From Curvularia clavata (Eukaryota), in the NCBI GenBank assembly GCA_023920165.1, contig CP089280.1, forward strand, positions 1,054,001 to 1,118,000: DNA of 64,000 nucleotides, read 5' to 3'. This document shows positions 24,935 through 37,769 of this stretch, piece after piece (position 1 is the first letter of the stretch; the number at the start of each line of letters is the position of its first letter). The notes beneath the pieces were generated by a model that worked only from the letters and a program-made list of their open reading frames with translations, made no database searches and had not been told where the DNA came from. A program made the translations under genes and the position numbers.

Positions 24935-25677
24935 ATGGCGGGAGCACCGGGTCCCATCAGGAGAGCATGGTATCAATGGAAGATGCAGCGCTTTCCATGG
25001 CGCAAGAAGTGGCTTGTGGGTGAGTGCCTCTCTGCAATTCTACCCATCTCCAGCCTATCCTTGCTTCTGTGTCTTAACGTACCATTACAGGTTTTGATCT
25101 CCATGGCAACACCTTTTGGGAGTTCAAGGACGCTCTGCACGCCCTGCGCAATCGGAGAATAGCCAAATATAGCCGCAGCACGCACTACGGCGATGTGCAA
25201 ATATCTCGTTCGTGGCCTGCATCCGCCTTGTGCATATTGCAACTAACAGGAACAGCATCGTGGGTACAGTGGCTGCGACACACGCGTTTCGATCCGCCGT
25301 CCATCGCCGAACAACAACAGGACCTTGTGCGCCAAGAGCGCATCAAAATGCTGGCAGCACAGGCTGACGCAAAATGGGCTGAAAAACCGTCAGCCCTGGA
25401 TGCGCCGGATAAACAACAGCCCATGCTGCCATTGCAATCCAAGGATCCGGACAGTGGCCTGGCGCAGATGAACGTCAACCAGGTCACCGTCGAAAGACCT
25501 GGAGTTGGCAGTGGACATGGAGAAGCACCTGCTCCAACAGCCACCGACAACGCACCCGCTCCAACACCAAGAAAGAGAATGACCAAAGAGCCAAAAGACT
25601 CGCCCTGGAAACAAGCTGCCCAAACCCAAGACTGGCAACCCCAAGGCTGGAGCCCAGCACCAGCCAAGAGACCATGA
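24935..25677 (+). CDS. NDUFAF2: NDUFA12-family complex I assembly factor (NDUFAF2/B17.2L-like)
   Basis: PWRKKWLVG|FDLHGNTFWEF..RRI..W.QWLRHTR.DPPS. Introns 25020-25090 and 25208-25255. C-terminal WQPQGWSP. Confidence 0.85.
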
Positions 25678-26273
25678 TGACGGCTCCCAATGAGCCACTG
25701 TATAAATACTTGTGACACTACATGAAGATCTGTTACCATATATGCGAACCTATGTACTCCAGCACTTGGAAATTTAGCGGAATTATCTTTGTACCGCACA
25801 TATTATAGAGTGAGTGCAATATCACTAACGCCATTGGTGTTAGCGATGGGTAGGTTGGAGTCAGTAGTCGTGCCATGTGATGGCGTTGGTTCAAGTGACG
25901 GTAATGTGGGCCATTGCAGAGTCATAGTGATACCAAACTTCGGTCTGCTTCGATCCGCCACGGTATTCATTGAGCTTTATCAGTCATACTGCAAAAATAT
26001 AATCCAGCACGGAATACCACCAACACTTTCTCACTAGCTCGCAACCATAGAATTACTCTCCTGGTTGGCATTTTTGGGTGGTTCGGTTACACGCAACCAA
26101 AGTAACAACCGTTGAAATTTCTCATAAATCCATCTTTCAGCTGTCAAAGAACCCTCCATCCTCCAACCTTTGTGCCAACTTGTCTTCCATCGGGCACCAA
26201 TATTCGAGACTCTGAACAACAAGCTATTCACTCTCATATCATCGTCCTCGACCAACGCCACCCGATTCCAGCT

Positions 26274-26648
26274 ATGGCATCAGATCCTGTCAACCAAAAT
26301 CCCTTCCGGTTTCTAGATCTACCCGCAGAGCTTCGTTGCCTTGTATACGAAAACATCGAACTTCCCACTACTCGGGAGATTCTATTCAGCACAGTCTTCG
26401 ATAGCGGTGAAGAGGCCTCACCTCATCCCGCTGATATTGCTCTTTTCAGACCGCGCTTTCCAATCGAGATCCTCATGACCTGTCGCCTTGTCAACACGGA
26501 AGCTCTTCCTATTTTCAAGCGCAAATTGGGAGTCCGAGCTCCTTCAGTAGTGAGCTTGTCTTTCTGTGACCGGTGCAAAACTCATTACGTACTTCATCAT
26601 TTCTGTCAAGAGATCGAAACCGTACAAATTAAACACAAGTTTTCTTGA
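26274..26648 (+). pseudogene. F-box-like protein N-terminus, apparently truncated
   Basis: PFRFLDLPAELRCLVYENI and ILMTCRLVNTEA motifs. The frame loses protein-like character after about 26530 and ends just before the PKS stop codon. Confidence 0.55.
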
Positions 26649-26664
26649 GAAACACTACAAATAC

Positions 26665-29600
26665 CTACTCAACAACCTTATCATCTTGCTTGACATCCAC
26701 CGCACGACTCAACATCGCAATCTTCCTACACAAGACCTTGATCGTCGAAGTCCCCATTACATCCAACATGGGCACATCAGCTTTGACTTCTCTGGCAAGG
26801 AACGTCCGGAATTCTATCGCCACCAGCGAATCAATACCGTTCGCGCTAATCGACTTATCCTCATCAATATCCGCCACTGCTACCGAGAGCAAACTCGCCA
26901 GCTTCCCTTTTACCGCCGTAGTAATAATGTCGGCTGCTTCGTCCAGTGTCTTGGATGCAGCGAGCAGAGCTTCAACCGGGACCTCGGTGCTTTCAGATAC
27001 AGCAGAGCCTATCAGGCTCTCACTGTTCACGTGCGCGAAGAGTGGGAACTTCATGAATGAGGGTGTGGGCATGCCCTTGGTACGATACTTGTCTCTATTC
27101 GCAAGACCAGTGACAATCTGCGTGGGCGGCTGCTGTCGCGCATCGATAGCGTATTCGAGAATTGCGTGCAACTCTTCTTCACGGATTTGCTCGAGTTCAA
27201 CGCTGACGCCTTTGTTGATAGCTACCCGAGAGGAGTTCTCGGCTACGTAGCCTACAGAGAGAATGGCGCCGACGTCGATGCTGGTTGCGGTGAGGCCTTG
27301 AGCGTGACGGTGCGCTGCGAGTGCATCTTGGTAGGTGTTGCCGGCTGCGTAGTTTGCCTGACCACGGTTGCCGAGGATACCAGTGGCGGAGGAAAGAAGA
27401 ACGAAGTGATCGAGGTCTGTTGGAAGATGGGCGTGGAGGTTCCAGGAGCCGAGGACTTTGGGTTTTACGGCAGCCATGTAGCTGTCGTAGGTCATGTTTT
27501 CGAAGATGGAGTCCTAGAGAGAACAGTTAGTTGGGTTCTTTTAGCGTAAACAGTTCACTTTGGGATCGACTTACTGAGAGTTGCATAGCTCCTTGGATAA
27601 CACCCTTGATGGGTGGCAGGGAAGACTTGCACTCCTCCAAGACCTTTTGGAGCTCAGTGGCGTCTGCGACATCGCATTTTGCGATGCGAATTTTGCAGCC
27701 CTGCTCAGCCAGGTGTTTTTCCATCTCGGCAACGGCAGGAGTTATGTTTCCGCTGCGAGATAAGAACAACAGGTTGCGAGTACCCCTGCCTACCATCCAC
27801 CTGGCGATACTTCGACCTAATCCTCCGAGCCCACCGCTCAGGACGTAAGTCGCATCCGGTCTGAAGGTGAATGGAGCTTGCTGCTCGGGAACAATAGGGA
27901 CAACATCGTCAGAATTTGGCACAAACACCATCTTGCCAGTTCCACGACCGGACTGCAGTGTTTGGAATCCCTCGACCAGCTTGGATAGTGGTGAGACTGT
28001 TGTTGGCTTCGCGGGCTTAACAATGCCCTCGCTCCAGAGGCGTATTGTATCGTCTAGACCTTGTTTAATCAGATGCGGTCGGTGATTCATCATTGTTACA
28101 AGATCAACACAAGTCATTGAGGTACCCATAAGTAGGGGTCGCAACTCGATCTTGGAGTTGGCCTGAATGTCTTTCTTTCCGATCTCGATGAAGCGTCCGA
28201 AGGGGGCAAGAAGTTCCCAAGAGCATCGCAAAGCCTAGTCTACTGTGTCAGCCACATGTCTAATGTGATGGGTCGAAGAGGGCTGTGGTCATACATCGCC
28301 GGCGAGTGAGTTGAGAACAACATCCACTCCGTAGCCGCCAGTCATGCGTCGAATGCCTTTCGCAAAAGTTAGGTCTCGGCTAGAAAAGATGTGGTCTTCT
28401 GGAATGCCACATTCTTGAACGAGTAACTAGCACCAAGTCAGTACGTGATTTTGCTCACGCGGGTGAATTAACAACTCACGTCCCGTTTCTCTGCTGTAGA
28501 GCAAGTGGCAAAAATCTCCGCCCCAACACTCTTCGCGTAATTGATAGCTGCTTGTCCCACACCTCCGGCTGCGGCATGAATCAATACCTTTTCCCCCTTT
28601 GCCAATCTCGCCACATCTCTTAGACCATACAACACAGTGACGTACACAGCCGGCAGTCCAGCCGCATCCTCGTAGCTCAAGCCTTCCGGGATCTTAGTCA
28701 CCACTGACTGGTCTACTCGGCCGAAAGTATGGAAGCAACCGACATGATCCAGGCCAGTGATATAGGTGACCCGGTCTCCAACAACTACATCCGTGACCTG
28801 AGAACCGACGCGAGAGATGACGCCAGACGCTTCGCATCCGATACTGTACGCCATATGCTCCCCCATCGCAATCATCAAGTCTCGGAAGTTGAGACCCATG
28901 GCTTTGATCTCGATTTCTACATGTGTGGGGTCCAGCGGGGTGTTGTAGACAGGGTCAGTGACCCATTGTAAGCGATCTAGCTGACCTGGCGATGCAGAAA
29001 CCAGTTTGACTGGGCGACCTGCGTCCTTCCAAGCGGTAGGAACGGGCTGTGGAGTACTGAATTGCGAGGCGAGGAAATGGTTTCCACCAAAACTCGGCTT
29101 GAGTCGACTGGTGAGGAAAGTTCCTGCTTTCAGGATGTACTCGCCCTGCATCTCGTCTTTGCTAACGGTGTTGGAGAATTGAAGCGCGCTAAGCTTGCAT
29201 ACCAACTGGATGAGATCTTCGGTGTCGGGCCGTGGACTTGCTACGGACAACGTGACGAGGTTCGCATCGTCCAAGTCTCGTTCCCATCGTACTGTGCGTA
29301 TGAGGCCGAGCGCCATGCCGTACTGCGGGTTCTCCATCATATCTCCTGTGATCCAAAGGAGGGCTTGACACTCCGTCAGCATCTTCCGGACGCCCTCGTA
29401 GTCTTCTGGTGTCAGGATTGACAAGACGGGATTCTCTAACTCCAGGAGTGAAACGCATAGAGTCTGGTTTAGGTCTTCGTCTTTCAGCTGCTGGACCGTC
29501 ATGATAGAGACATTCCTACTCCGAAGCGAATCTTTCAGTTTTTGTTGGAGTCCTATGACCAGATCACTGCCCGATACTTCAGAGGCGACGATGATCAATT

Positions 29601-32600
29601 TCTCCCTGGACACATCCAATACCGCATTCTGTTCCACGGCACGCGACACAAGAATGCTCTGCGTATGTGTTACAGAATCCTGCGCATCTTTCAACTCCAA
29701 CTCGACACCATCAAACCCTGCTTCTTTCAGCAGCGTTGCCCACTGATCTTTCGATGCAAATGGACACCACCGCCTCATCTCCTCTTTTGACAGCCACCAT
29801 CCACTTAGCTGTCCGAAAGCCAGTGCCGACCAGAAATAATCTTGCCTCATTCCTTCCTGGATCAGAATTCGGCCACCGGGCTTGAGTAGCTTTCTCAAGT
29901 TCGATAATGTAGCATGCAAATCCTCAGTAGCGTGAATCACATTCTGTGCGACAACGATGTCATACATTTCAGCTTCGAAGCCCTGACTCTCGACATCTTT
30001 CTCAGCGTGCAGAACCTTGTATTCGAACAGCGACTGCCAGAGCTTGAACTTCTCTCTGGCTTTTTCAAAGAAAGCAGAAGAGATGTCGGTGTATGTGTAC
30101 TGCAAGACACTAGACTGGAGGAGTTTTCCGTCGTCGGAGACGGGAGCCAGATGACGGATGATGGCTTCGGTAGATGACCCAGTTCCAGCGCCAACTTCTA
30201 GGACGCGAAGGTTCGTGCGGTTTTCACCGAGGATCTGGAGATATTTGGCTAGCAGCTCGGGCAAGTTTCCAAGACGCACAAGGTCTGCGTAGACTTCGTC
30301 GAGGATGTTGTCCTGGCCAAACATCAGGTGGAGCGGGTCAGTTTCGCCACGCAGTACAGAGAAAATGTTTGAGCCCATGCGATAAGCCAGGCGTCCTTCA
30401 GCCTTATACTCCTGGATCTGTTTGTACAGCTCGACTTTGGCTGCATCGTTGTAGCGAATAGCTTCAAAGTCGGAGCGCGAGACTGAAGAGATTTTGTCTT
30501 CACTAGTCCATAGTTCGAGTTGCTCCAGCCATTTGAGGTAGTTCTGTAGATGGCCTTGAGGGGTTCCAGGAAGTTTTCGATATGTGTCTAGGGCATCATG
30601 GACGAGGCAGAGAGTGGCCAGTTGTAGCCGTTGCACCCATTCGGCTGTGAGGCTATCTGACCGGACCGGACCATCCTCCACGACCAAGTCTGCTTGAGAG
30701 ATAGTCTCCAGATATACGGGCCACTTCACTTCGTGACACAACTCTCTACTAGTTGACGTGCGCTGATCTGCCGAGTCTAGTGGTGTAGCGCGAATACCCG
30801 TGACAGAAATTCTCGCATCACCAGTAGCCTCGTCCCACACGAGAACGTCATTGTCGTATTTTTCGAAAGCAACTCGCTCCGTTCGGCCGTGGACCTTGTA
30901 TTTGTGACCAGGTTGAGGACTCAGCTCGGCTGAAACCCAAACATCTTTGATGAATGTAGGCACTGCTGGGTTCTCCAGACTCGTGGCACCGAATAGATCC
31001 ATGATAGCAGCGAGAGCAAAATGTATCATACTGTCAAACGTGGCAGGGTGAATGAGATGTGGTGAAGCATGTTGCTTAGGCATTGACGCCGCAATGTCTG
31101 GCACAGTCACTCGTCCCAATACCGCTCCGCCTTTGTTGCCAGTGCCACTCACATCCGATCCGTTTCGGAATAGCGGGCCAAATTGAAGTCCTACGGTGGC
31201 CATGTTTTCGTATGCACGGAACATGTCAAATGTTGCCTGGCACCTACGCTCGGCCTCTTGCAGTTCTCGATGTTTCATGGCTGACTCCTCCCGAGCTTCC
31301 CGCCCACCATCAACTGGACCATCAGCCATAGCATACTCTACGGCAATGTATCCTGTACAGTGCTCAATCCAATCATCCCCTGCAGGGTTGTAGGATGATA
31401 TCTGGAATCGGCGCCATGCCTTTGAGACTGACAAACTCGATTCATCTACTCGATGCATCGAAATCACGACTTCCAGTCCCTCTTTGTTATCTGGGACGAT
31501 CATCGCACGTTTAATCGAGATATCTCTGAGGCGGAAAGAGTTGATGGTCATGCCTTCATCGGCAATCTGCTGGATCGCCTCTATAGCCATGATGAGGTAG
31601 CCAACACCCGGATAGACATACGAATTTGTAACAACGTGATCGCGCAACCAGGGCTGCTCACTGATTCGGAAGATGTTTCTCCATTGAGGGCTCTCTTTGT
31701 TCCAATCTGGAACGGGCGCGCCGAAAAGGTCATGACGAGGCGCTTTACGAAGACGATAATTGCGACTGAGCCGGCTTTCGTACCAGAGGAGCTGAGAGTG
31801 GTTGAAGGCGTAGCTGGGGACGTCGGTCAATAGGGCATGTGGCCGACTCAATGATTCCAGCTGAGAACTTTCGTTGATTTTCTGGATACTGATTGGGTAG
31901 CCTCGACACCAGATGTGGCCCAGCGCAGTCAATAAAGTATCCGGTCCAGGTTTGGAACGATTTAAAACGGGGAACGAGGTTATACCAGTTCCGCTAGGTT
32001 GAGTTGCGAGAATGTCTTTAATAGCGCTTTGGAGAGCACCATGAGAGCCAAGTTCCAGGACAACATCTGCGAAATGGTTACCTCCTTGGGTATCAACTCG
32101 AAGAGAAATCTGTCCCGACTGTGCGGGCCGGAAGCAAGTCGCTGTCATTCCATCAGAGAATCGAACTTGAGACACCAAGTTCTTGACCCAATATTCAGCA
32201 TTGAGAACTTCATCAGTTACGAAAGTCCCTGTCACCGTTGAGACCATCAACACGGTGTTGGGTTGGATAGATGGATCTGGTGAGAGGCCGTCTAGAAGCG
32301 CGCCATACTCAGCTGCAATATGATTCATGTGCGGTGAGTGATACGCCTTGCCAATCGGCAACTTCCTGACAAAGATTTGCTTGGCATGCAATATGTCATG
32401 GAGTTCCGAGATTAGATTCTCATCTCCGGAGATGGTGCAGTTCCTGGGACTGTTACTGCAAGCTACTACTAGAGTCCCTTTAGCAGCCAAGTCGTCCACG
32501 TAAGGTTGAGCTTCATCTTGGGATAGCCCAACAGCCAACATTGCTCCACTGCGTTCGCTTTGCTTTGCAGAGACTATTCCGCGGTAGTATGCCACACGCC

Positions 32601-34952
32601 AGGCTGACTCACGAGACAGTTTTCCTGCAGCATAGGCCGCAGCTATCTCTCCCGAACTGTGACCTACAACTCTAGATGGCTTCACGCCCCATGACCTCAG
32701 TAGATCAACAAGTGCGACCTGCACCGCCGTACAAGCGGGTTGCGATAACCAAGGTTCGTTGACATTGCTTTGCTGAGGAGTACGAGAAAGTTCATCGAGA
32801 AGAGACCATGTTGAGCCCAAGGATGTAAAGAATTGAGATGCTTCTTCCATGCTCCTACGGAAGACAGGGTAAAAGAAGAGTTCCCGGCTCATCGTAGCAT
32901 ACTGAGCTCCTTGACCCGTGAAGACGTAGGCGATAGATATGGGCCCGCGGGCTCGGAGAACTTTGGAATGGGCGTTGGGAAGGGCAGCAAGCAACTCCGA
33001 AGTGTTCCCAGCAAGCAGAAAACTGCGCCAGCTAAACTGCGAACGTCGATTCATAGTGTAGGAATAATCTTGTAGAAACGTCGAAGGATGTGTAGAACGA
33101 GATTCGAGAAAAGCGACCTGCGCTTCTGCATTCCGTGATATACCTGCTTCATCAAATGCAGAGAGACCGATGAGTTGGGGAGGGGCTGGGATTTGCTCGA
33201 CCAACTCCCAACTTCTTTGACTGTGACATCCATTGAGTCCGTTTTCAACTTCTGAATGACCATTTTGTGTAGGGGATGTTGATGTTCCGTTCTCTTCTAC
33301 TGCAGACCCGTTTCCATTTAACAGTGGAGGCTCGGACAGCAGATTGGAAGAGGCAGGGGCTTGCGCAGCATGAGTCAGAGCATCTAGCTCCTCCCTCGAA
33401 GGCGCTCTAATCGTGGTACGGTGATTGCCAGTCAACCCTTGTTCTTGTAAATAGTTGTATGCATCGTCAAGGATAGCATGTGCATTTGTCCCTCCTACTC
33501 CAAATGAGTTGATTGACACTCTGCGAAGGCCTTCCGTCGGCCATGGCACAGCTTCATTGGCGATAGAAAGATTCCATTTCTGGAACGGAATCTTGGGGTT
33601 TGCTCTCTCAAAATTTGCCTGTGGCGGTATGATTCCATTTTCTAATGCAAGAACGCTCTTGATGATCCTGCATACAGAAACGGTTAGTTTTGAACAATTC
33701 TTTGTAGATGCGGGAGAGTATCGCTTACCCAGCAACACCAGCAGCACCTTCCAGATGGCCGACGCTAGCTTTGACGGAACCCAGATACAATGGCTTATCT
33801 TTCCGCCTCGATTTGAATGCCTGTGCGACACCACGGGCTTCGATGGCATCGCCCTGGCGAGTTCCCGTTCCATGCGCTTCGACTAAGGTGGTGTCGTCGA
33901 AATTCAGCCCCGCAGAGGCGTATGTAGTTTTGATCAATCTTTCTTGTGCATCACTACTGGGAAGCGTGAGGCCTGGAGTACGGCCATCCTGGTTAACTCC
34001 TGTGCCACGTGCGACAGCACGGATGGTATCGCCATCACGAAGAGCGTCACTTAGGCGCTTAACGATCACGGTTCCAACTCCTTCTCCACGGGCAAAGCCA
34101 TTGGCGCGGTGATCAAAACTGAAACAACGGCCATCAGGACTGAGGAAGCCTTGATGAGACATCCCATTGATATCACCTTCACAGAAACATCACGGTTAGC
34201 TTTCATGGCAAAGTTTTTTCGTTTTTCGTCTTACCAGGGTAATTGAGTATGGTTACACCCGTAATAATTGCCATATCGCTTTCTTTTGTTCGTAAGCTCT
34301 GACTGCCGAGATGCAAAGCTGCCATAGAACTGGAGCATGCGGTGTCGACAGTTACACTTGGTCCTTTAAGATCGAAAAACCATGAGACACGGTTACTGTG
34401 CATGGAGTTGGTAAGACCAGTGACGCGATGCCTTAGCGTCGTCTCTGGATCACTGTTTAGTATAGCAAGATGATCATGGTTGAAGCCGGAAACGTAGACT
34501 GAAGTGTTGGATCCTGCAACTTGTTCCAAAGTAAGGCCACTATTTTCGAGAGCATGGTACACATTTTCCAAGACAACGCGTTGCTGCGGATCTAGTGACA
34601 TGGCTTCACCCTTGGTGATTCCGAAAAAGGAAGAATCGAAATACGCTGGATCTTCAGCGAGGAAGTGGCCACCTGAAAGATGTTAGATATCTATATGGTA
34701 TCCTAATTTCTTTGAATCTAGCCTGCGAAATAACATACCTTGAGCAGCATGTGTGCCGCCATGTTCAGGATCCGGATGATAGTGCCCTGGGCCTATCCGA
34801 TCCTCAGGGATTGGTGTATGTGCACACTTTTTCGCGAGCAAGAACTGCCACAATCGCTCTGTGGTGGATGCATCTTGTGGAAAGCGGGTTGCAAGGCCAA
34901 CAATAGCTAGTGGCTCTGCTTTCGGGACAGCTCCAGCTAAGCAAACTGTCAT
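26665..34952 (-). CDS. Highly reducing iterative type I PKS (KS-AT-DH-CMeT-ER-KR-ACP), 7 exons
   Basis: [46 protein letters not shown] and HPATFD; CMeT LEVGAGTG and [25 protein letters not shown] and NYAAGN; ACP GIDSL. Six GT-AG introns (e.g. 34673-34738, 34177-34234, 33668-33728) all restore the frame. Confidence 0.97.
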
Positions 34953-35892
34953 TTTTGAATTTGAATGCTATGAAAGTGATTGAAGATGGGTCTTGTCTCA
35001 AGATAACACCCGTAGTGCATAAAGTTTGCGGGCAGCGATGTTAAAGTAGTCCGTTTCGACACACCATATTATCCTCATGCTTTCCAGATCGGATATCTCC
35101 ATAAACTCCTACCTCGCTGGGTACTATTTAGTCCAATCGGATATCGCACCTACAAACTACTGACCTAGAACCATGAAACTGCACCGAAAGATTTCAAATC
35201 GACTATTACTGGTGGATTGAGCGACACAATGAATCACGTCCACGAGGGTCAAGTGTACTCCACTTTCTTGTCAGTGAGTTGCAGCCTGCCCACGCGCTCG
35301 GGCCGTTTTTATGCATCAAAAGGGCCGTTTACAAGGCCTGGACAGCTTCCGAGTAGCAAAAATCTTACCTCTCCTACATCAAAGCTACTGACATCAATTG
35401 TGTTCTGGAGGTCAATTTTTGTAGTTTTTACGAGTCTCACTATAAGCTCAGGTCCAGGTGTTGCGTTATCCACCCAGACGGTAACACTGAAATTCCAACC
35501 CTGGTCATGTTACTTTACCTACATACTTTGGATACAGATGTTCTTGGGTTTTCAGTGGGGTCAATCTAAATCTTGTTCTGTTCCGTAACAATCCCTGCTC
35601 TAGGTAATGCTTCCGTTCCAAGCTACGGATGCCACATGATCATTCCGCCTTTACCCCCGGCTTTTCTGGGACATGCGAATAGTCACGTATTGGGCAAGCT
35701 CCGTATCTGTACGATGGTGGGGTTTTCGCCTGGTTGAGGGAATACGGGCCGACTTTCGTATCCCAAACCTTCTCGCGTGCCTCGCGTCTTATAAGTAGAA
35801 ATTTCGTTGGAACGTCAGGTGACAAGCACCAACTGGAAGGAATGTTTTCCCACGCAACAGAAACAATCTGACAAACTTATTTGACACTGATA

Positions 35893-37530
35893 ATGTCTTT
35901 TGGACAACAGTGGCAATATCCAATGGACTCGGCATGGCTGATATCCTTTGTTTTCGGGGCACTCATAGCGACCATTCTCTTCACACACTCTCTCTCCTAT
36001 ATACGAAGCATTCGCCAAACTCAAAATGGAAAATTCGAGCCGCCTCTACTACCCTACTGGATTCCCTATTTTCAACACCTGCCTGCATTCCTTTTAAACC
36101 CGGCATCTTTGTATGAGGCTGGGAGAAGTCGCTTCTCTGGGCAACCCTTCACCCTCGTCCTGGCAGGCACAAAATTTCATGTATTCTCCTCGGTCGAATC
36201 TGTCAACCATGTATTTAGTCGGTCGAGACTCTTTTCTTTTGATCCCGTCATGGCAAGCATGATGGAGAACGGGGTTGACCTCCCCCCTCCGGATCGACCA
36301 AAGTTCCTGTCGTCAACGGTGGACAAAGCAGAGGGAAGGTTTCTGACTGAAAATCACAACATATGGACGAGATATCTTTCGGGAAAGCGTCTCAGTGGCG
36401 TCATGGACATTTACATGTCTGCGCTGCCTCCTATCTTGAAATCAAGTCTCGATCTGTCGAGTGATCAGTGGCAAAAGAAGAGTTTGTACCCATTCTTGAG
36501 AAGAATCATCTTTGAGACGAGCGTACAAACTTTTTTTGGTCCTCGATTGGCTCAGTTCTGGCCAACTATGTGGGATGACTGGAGAAGATTCGATGATGCT
36601 ACTTATATCGGTGTGCGATCCAATTGGGCGTTCAAATTACAGCCGAAGATTTATAAAGCCCGCGAAAGAATGTTCCAAGCATTCGAGCGGTGGTTGGATG
36701 CGGCAGAGGACTACGAGTGGGATAATGCCGAAGAAATCTGGTGTGAGAACTGGGGGCTACGTCTGAACTACGAGAGAGACGTATTGGGCAGACAATGTAG
36801 TTTCACGAAACGGGGAAGAGCATGTCTGCAAGCTAGTTTTCTTTTTGTGTACGTATTGAGAGACTGCCACAATAACAAAACAGTCCTAATCAATAGTAAC
36901 AGAATCGTAACGAACGCTGCTCCGATGGCGACTTGGTTTGGGTATTGCGTTGCGTCAAATCCCTCTCGCCTGACCGAGTATCGTACCGCTACTAAACCTT
37001 TCATCCTCACCTCCCCTACGTCTTCAGATTTAGGTTCAACACCTCATTTTGATCTGCCCTCCCTTATCAAAGAGCCTTTCGTTCACTCCCTCTGGCTGGA
37101 AGCACTGCGACTGGGAACCATGTCTGCAGCTGCACGAGTTGTGACTCAAGATACCGTCCTCGAGGACTATGTGCTTCGGAAAGGCTCTGTCGTCCTGATG
37201 CCGGTACATCTCATGCACTTTAGCAAGGAATTTGAGCCAGGTGTGAAGAAGTTTCAACCAGAACGGTGGTTGGTCGAAGATGCGGATAAATTGAAACGTC
37301 AGAACATGGCGATGCGCCCATTCGGTGGTGGGACGAGTCTGTGCTCAGGAAGATATGTAGCAGAGATGGAGATCTTAGGTGTTGTCAGCGTGCTGGTGGA
37401 AATGTTGGATTTTAGATTCGAGGATCAATCGGAGGATCACTGGGAGTTCAATCCTAGAAGCATTGGCGTCATGGCGCCGAAGAAGGACGTCATTGTTTGG
37501 GTAAAGAGCAGAGATAAGGTAAGCACATGA
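35893..37530 (+). CDS. Cytochrome P450 with a CYP7/8-like I-helix
   Basis: N-terminal TM anchor, PPLLPYWIP, EALR, PERW, heme motif PFGGGTSLCSG. 54-nt intron 36849-36902. Confidence 0.93.
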   Translation: MSFGQQWQYPMDSAWLISFVFGALIATILFTHSLSYIRSIRQTQNGKFEPPLLPYWIPYFQHLPAFLLNPASLYEAGRSRFSGQPFTLVLAGTKFHVFSSVESVNHVFSRSRLFSFDPVMASMMENGVDLPPPDRPKFLSSTVDKAEGRFLTENHNIWTRYLSGKRLSGVMDIYMSALPPILKSSLDLSSDQWQKKSLYPFLRRIIFETSVQTFFGPRLAQFWPTMWDDWRRFDDATYIGVRSNWAFKLQPKIYKARERMFQAFERWLDAAEDYEWDNAEEIWCENWGLRLNYERDVLGRQCSFTKRGRACLQASFLFVYVLRDCHNNKTVLINSNRIVTNAAPMATWFGYCVASNPSRLTEYRTATKPFILTSPTSSDLGSTPHFDLPSLIKEPFVHSLWLEALRLGTMSAAARVVTQDTVLEDYVLRKGSVVLMPVHLMHFSKEFEPGVKKFQPERWLVEDADKLKRQNMAMRPFGGGTSLCSGRYVAEMEILGVVSVLVEMLDFRFEDQSEDHWEFNPRSIGVMAPKKDVIVWVKSRDKVST

Positions 37531-37769
37531 ACCAGCCAAGTTTTTCTATTTATTCGTTGCTGGCCTCTGCATTCTTCCTTTCTATCCCCTCATAGCCGTT
37601 CGAACTTAGTGAAGTACAATTTCTAACATCTTCCAAACCCAATATACGGTATGAGCATTCTGTTTCTTTGGTACAGCAGGAACTAGATTCTTCTTGTCGT
37701 CCTCAGCTTCTCCTTGTACATGCTGGTAATTATGGAATAATTCTTTAGCATGTGCGTGGCGTTCCGTTT

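Noticed and set aside
23871..25097. 408-aa plus-strand ORF
   Set aside because: Antisense shadow of the CH-domain gene; no domain features.
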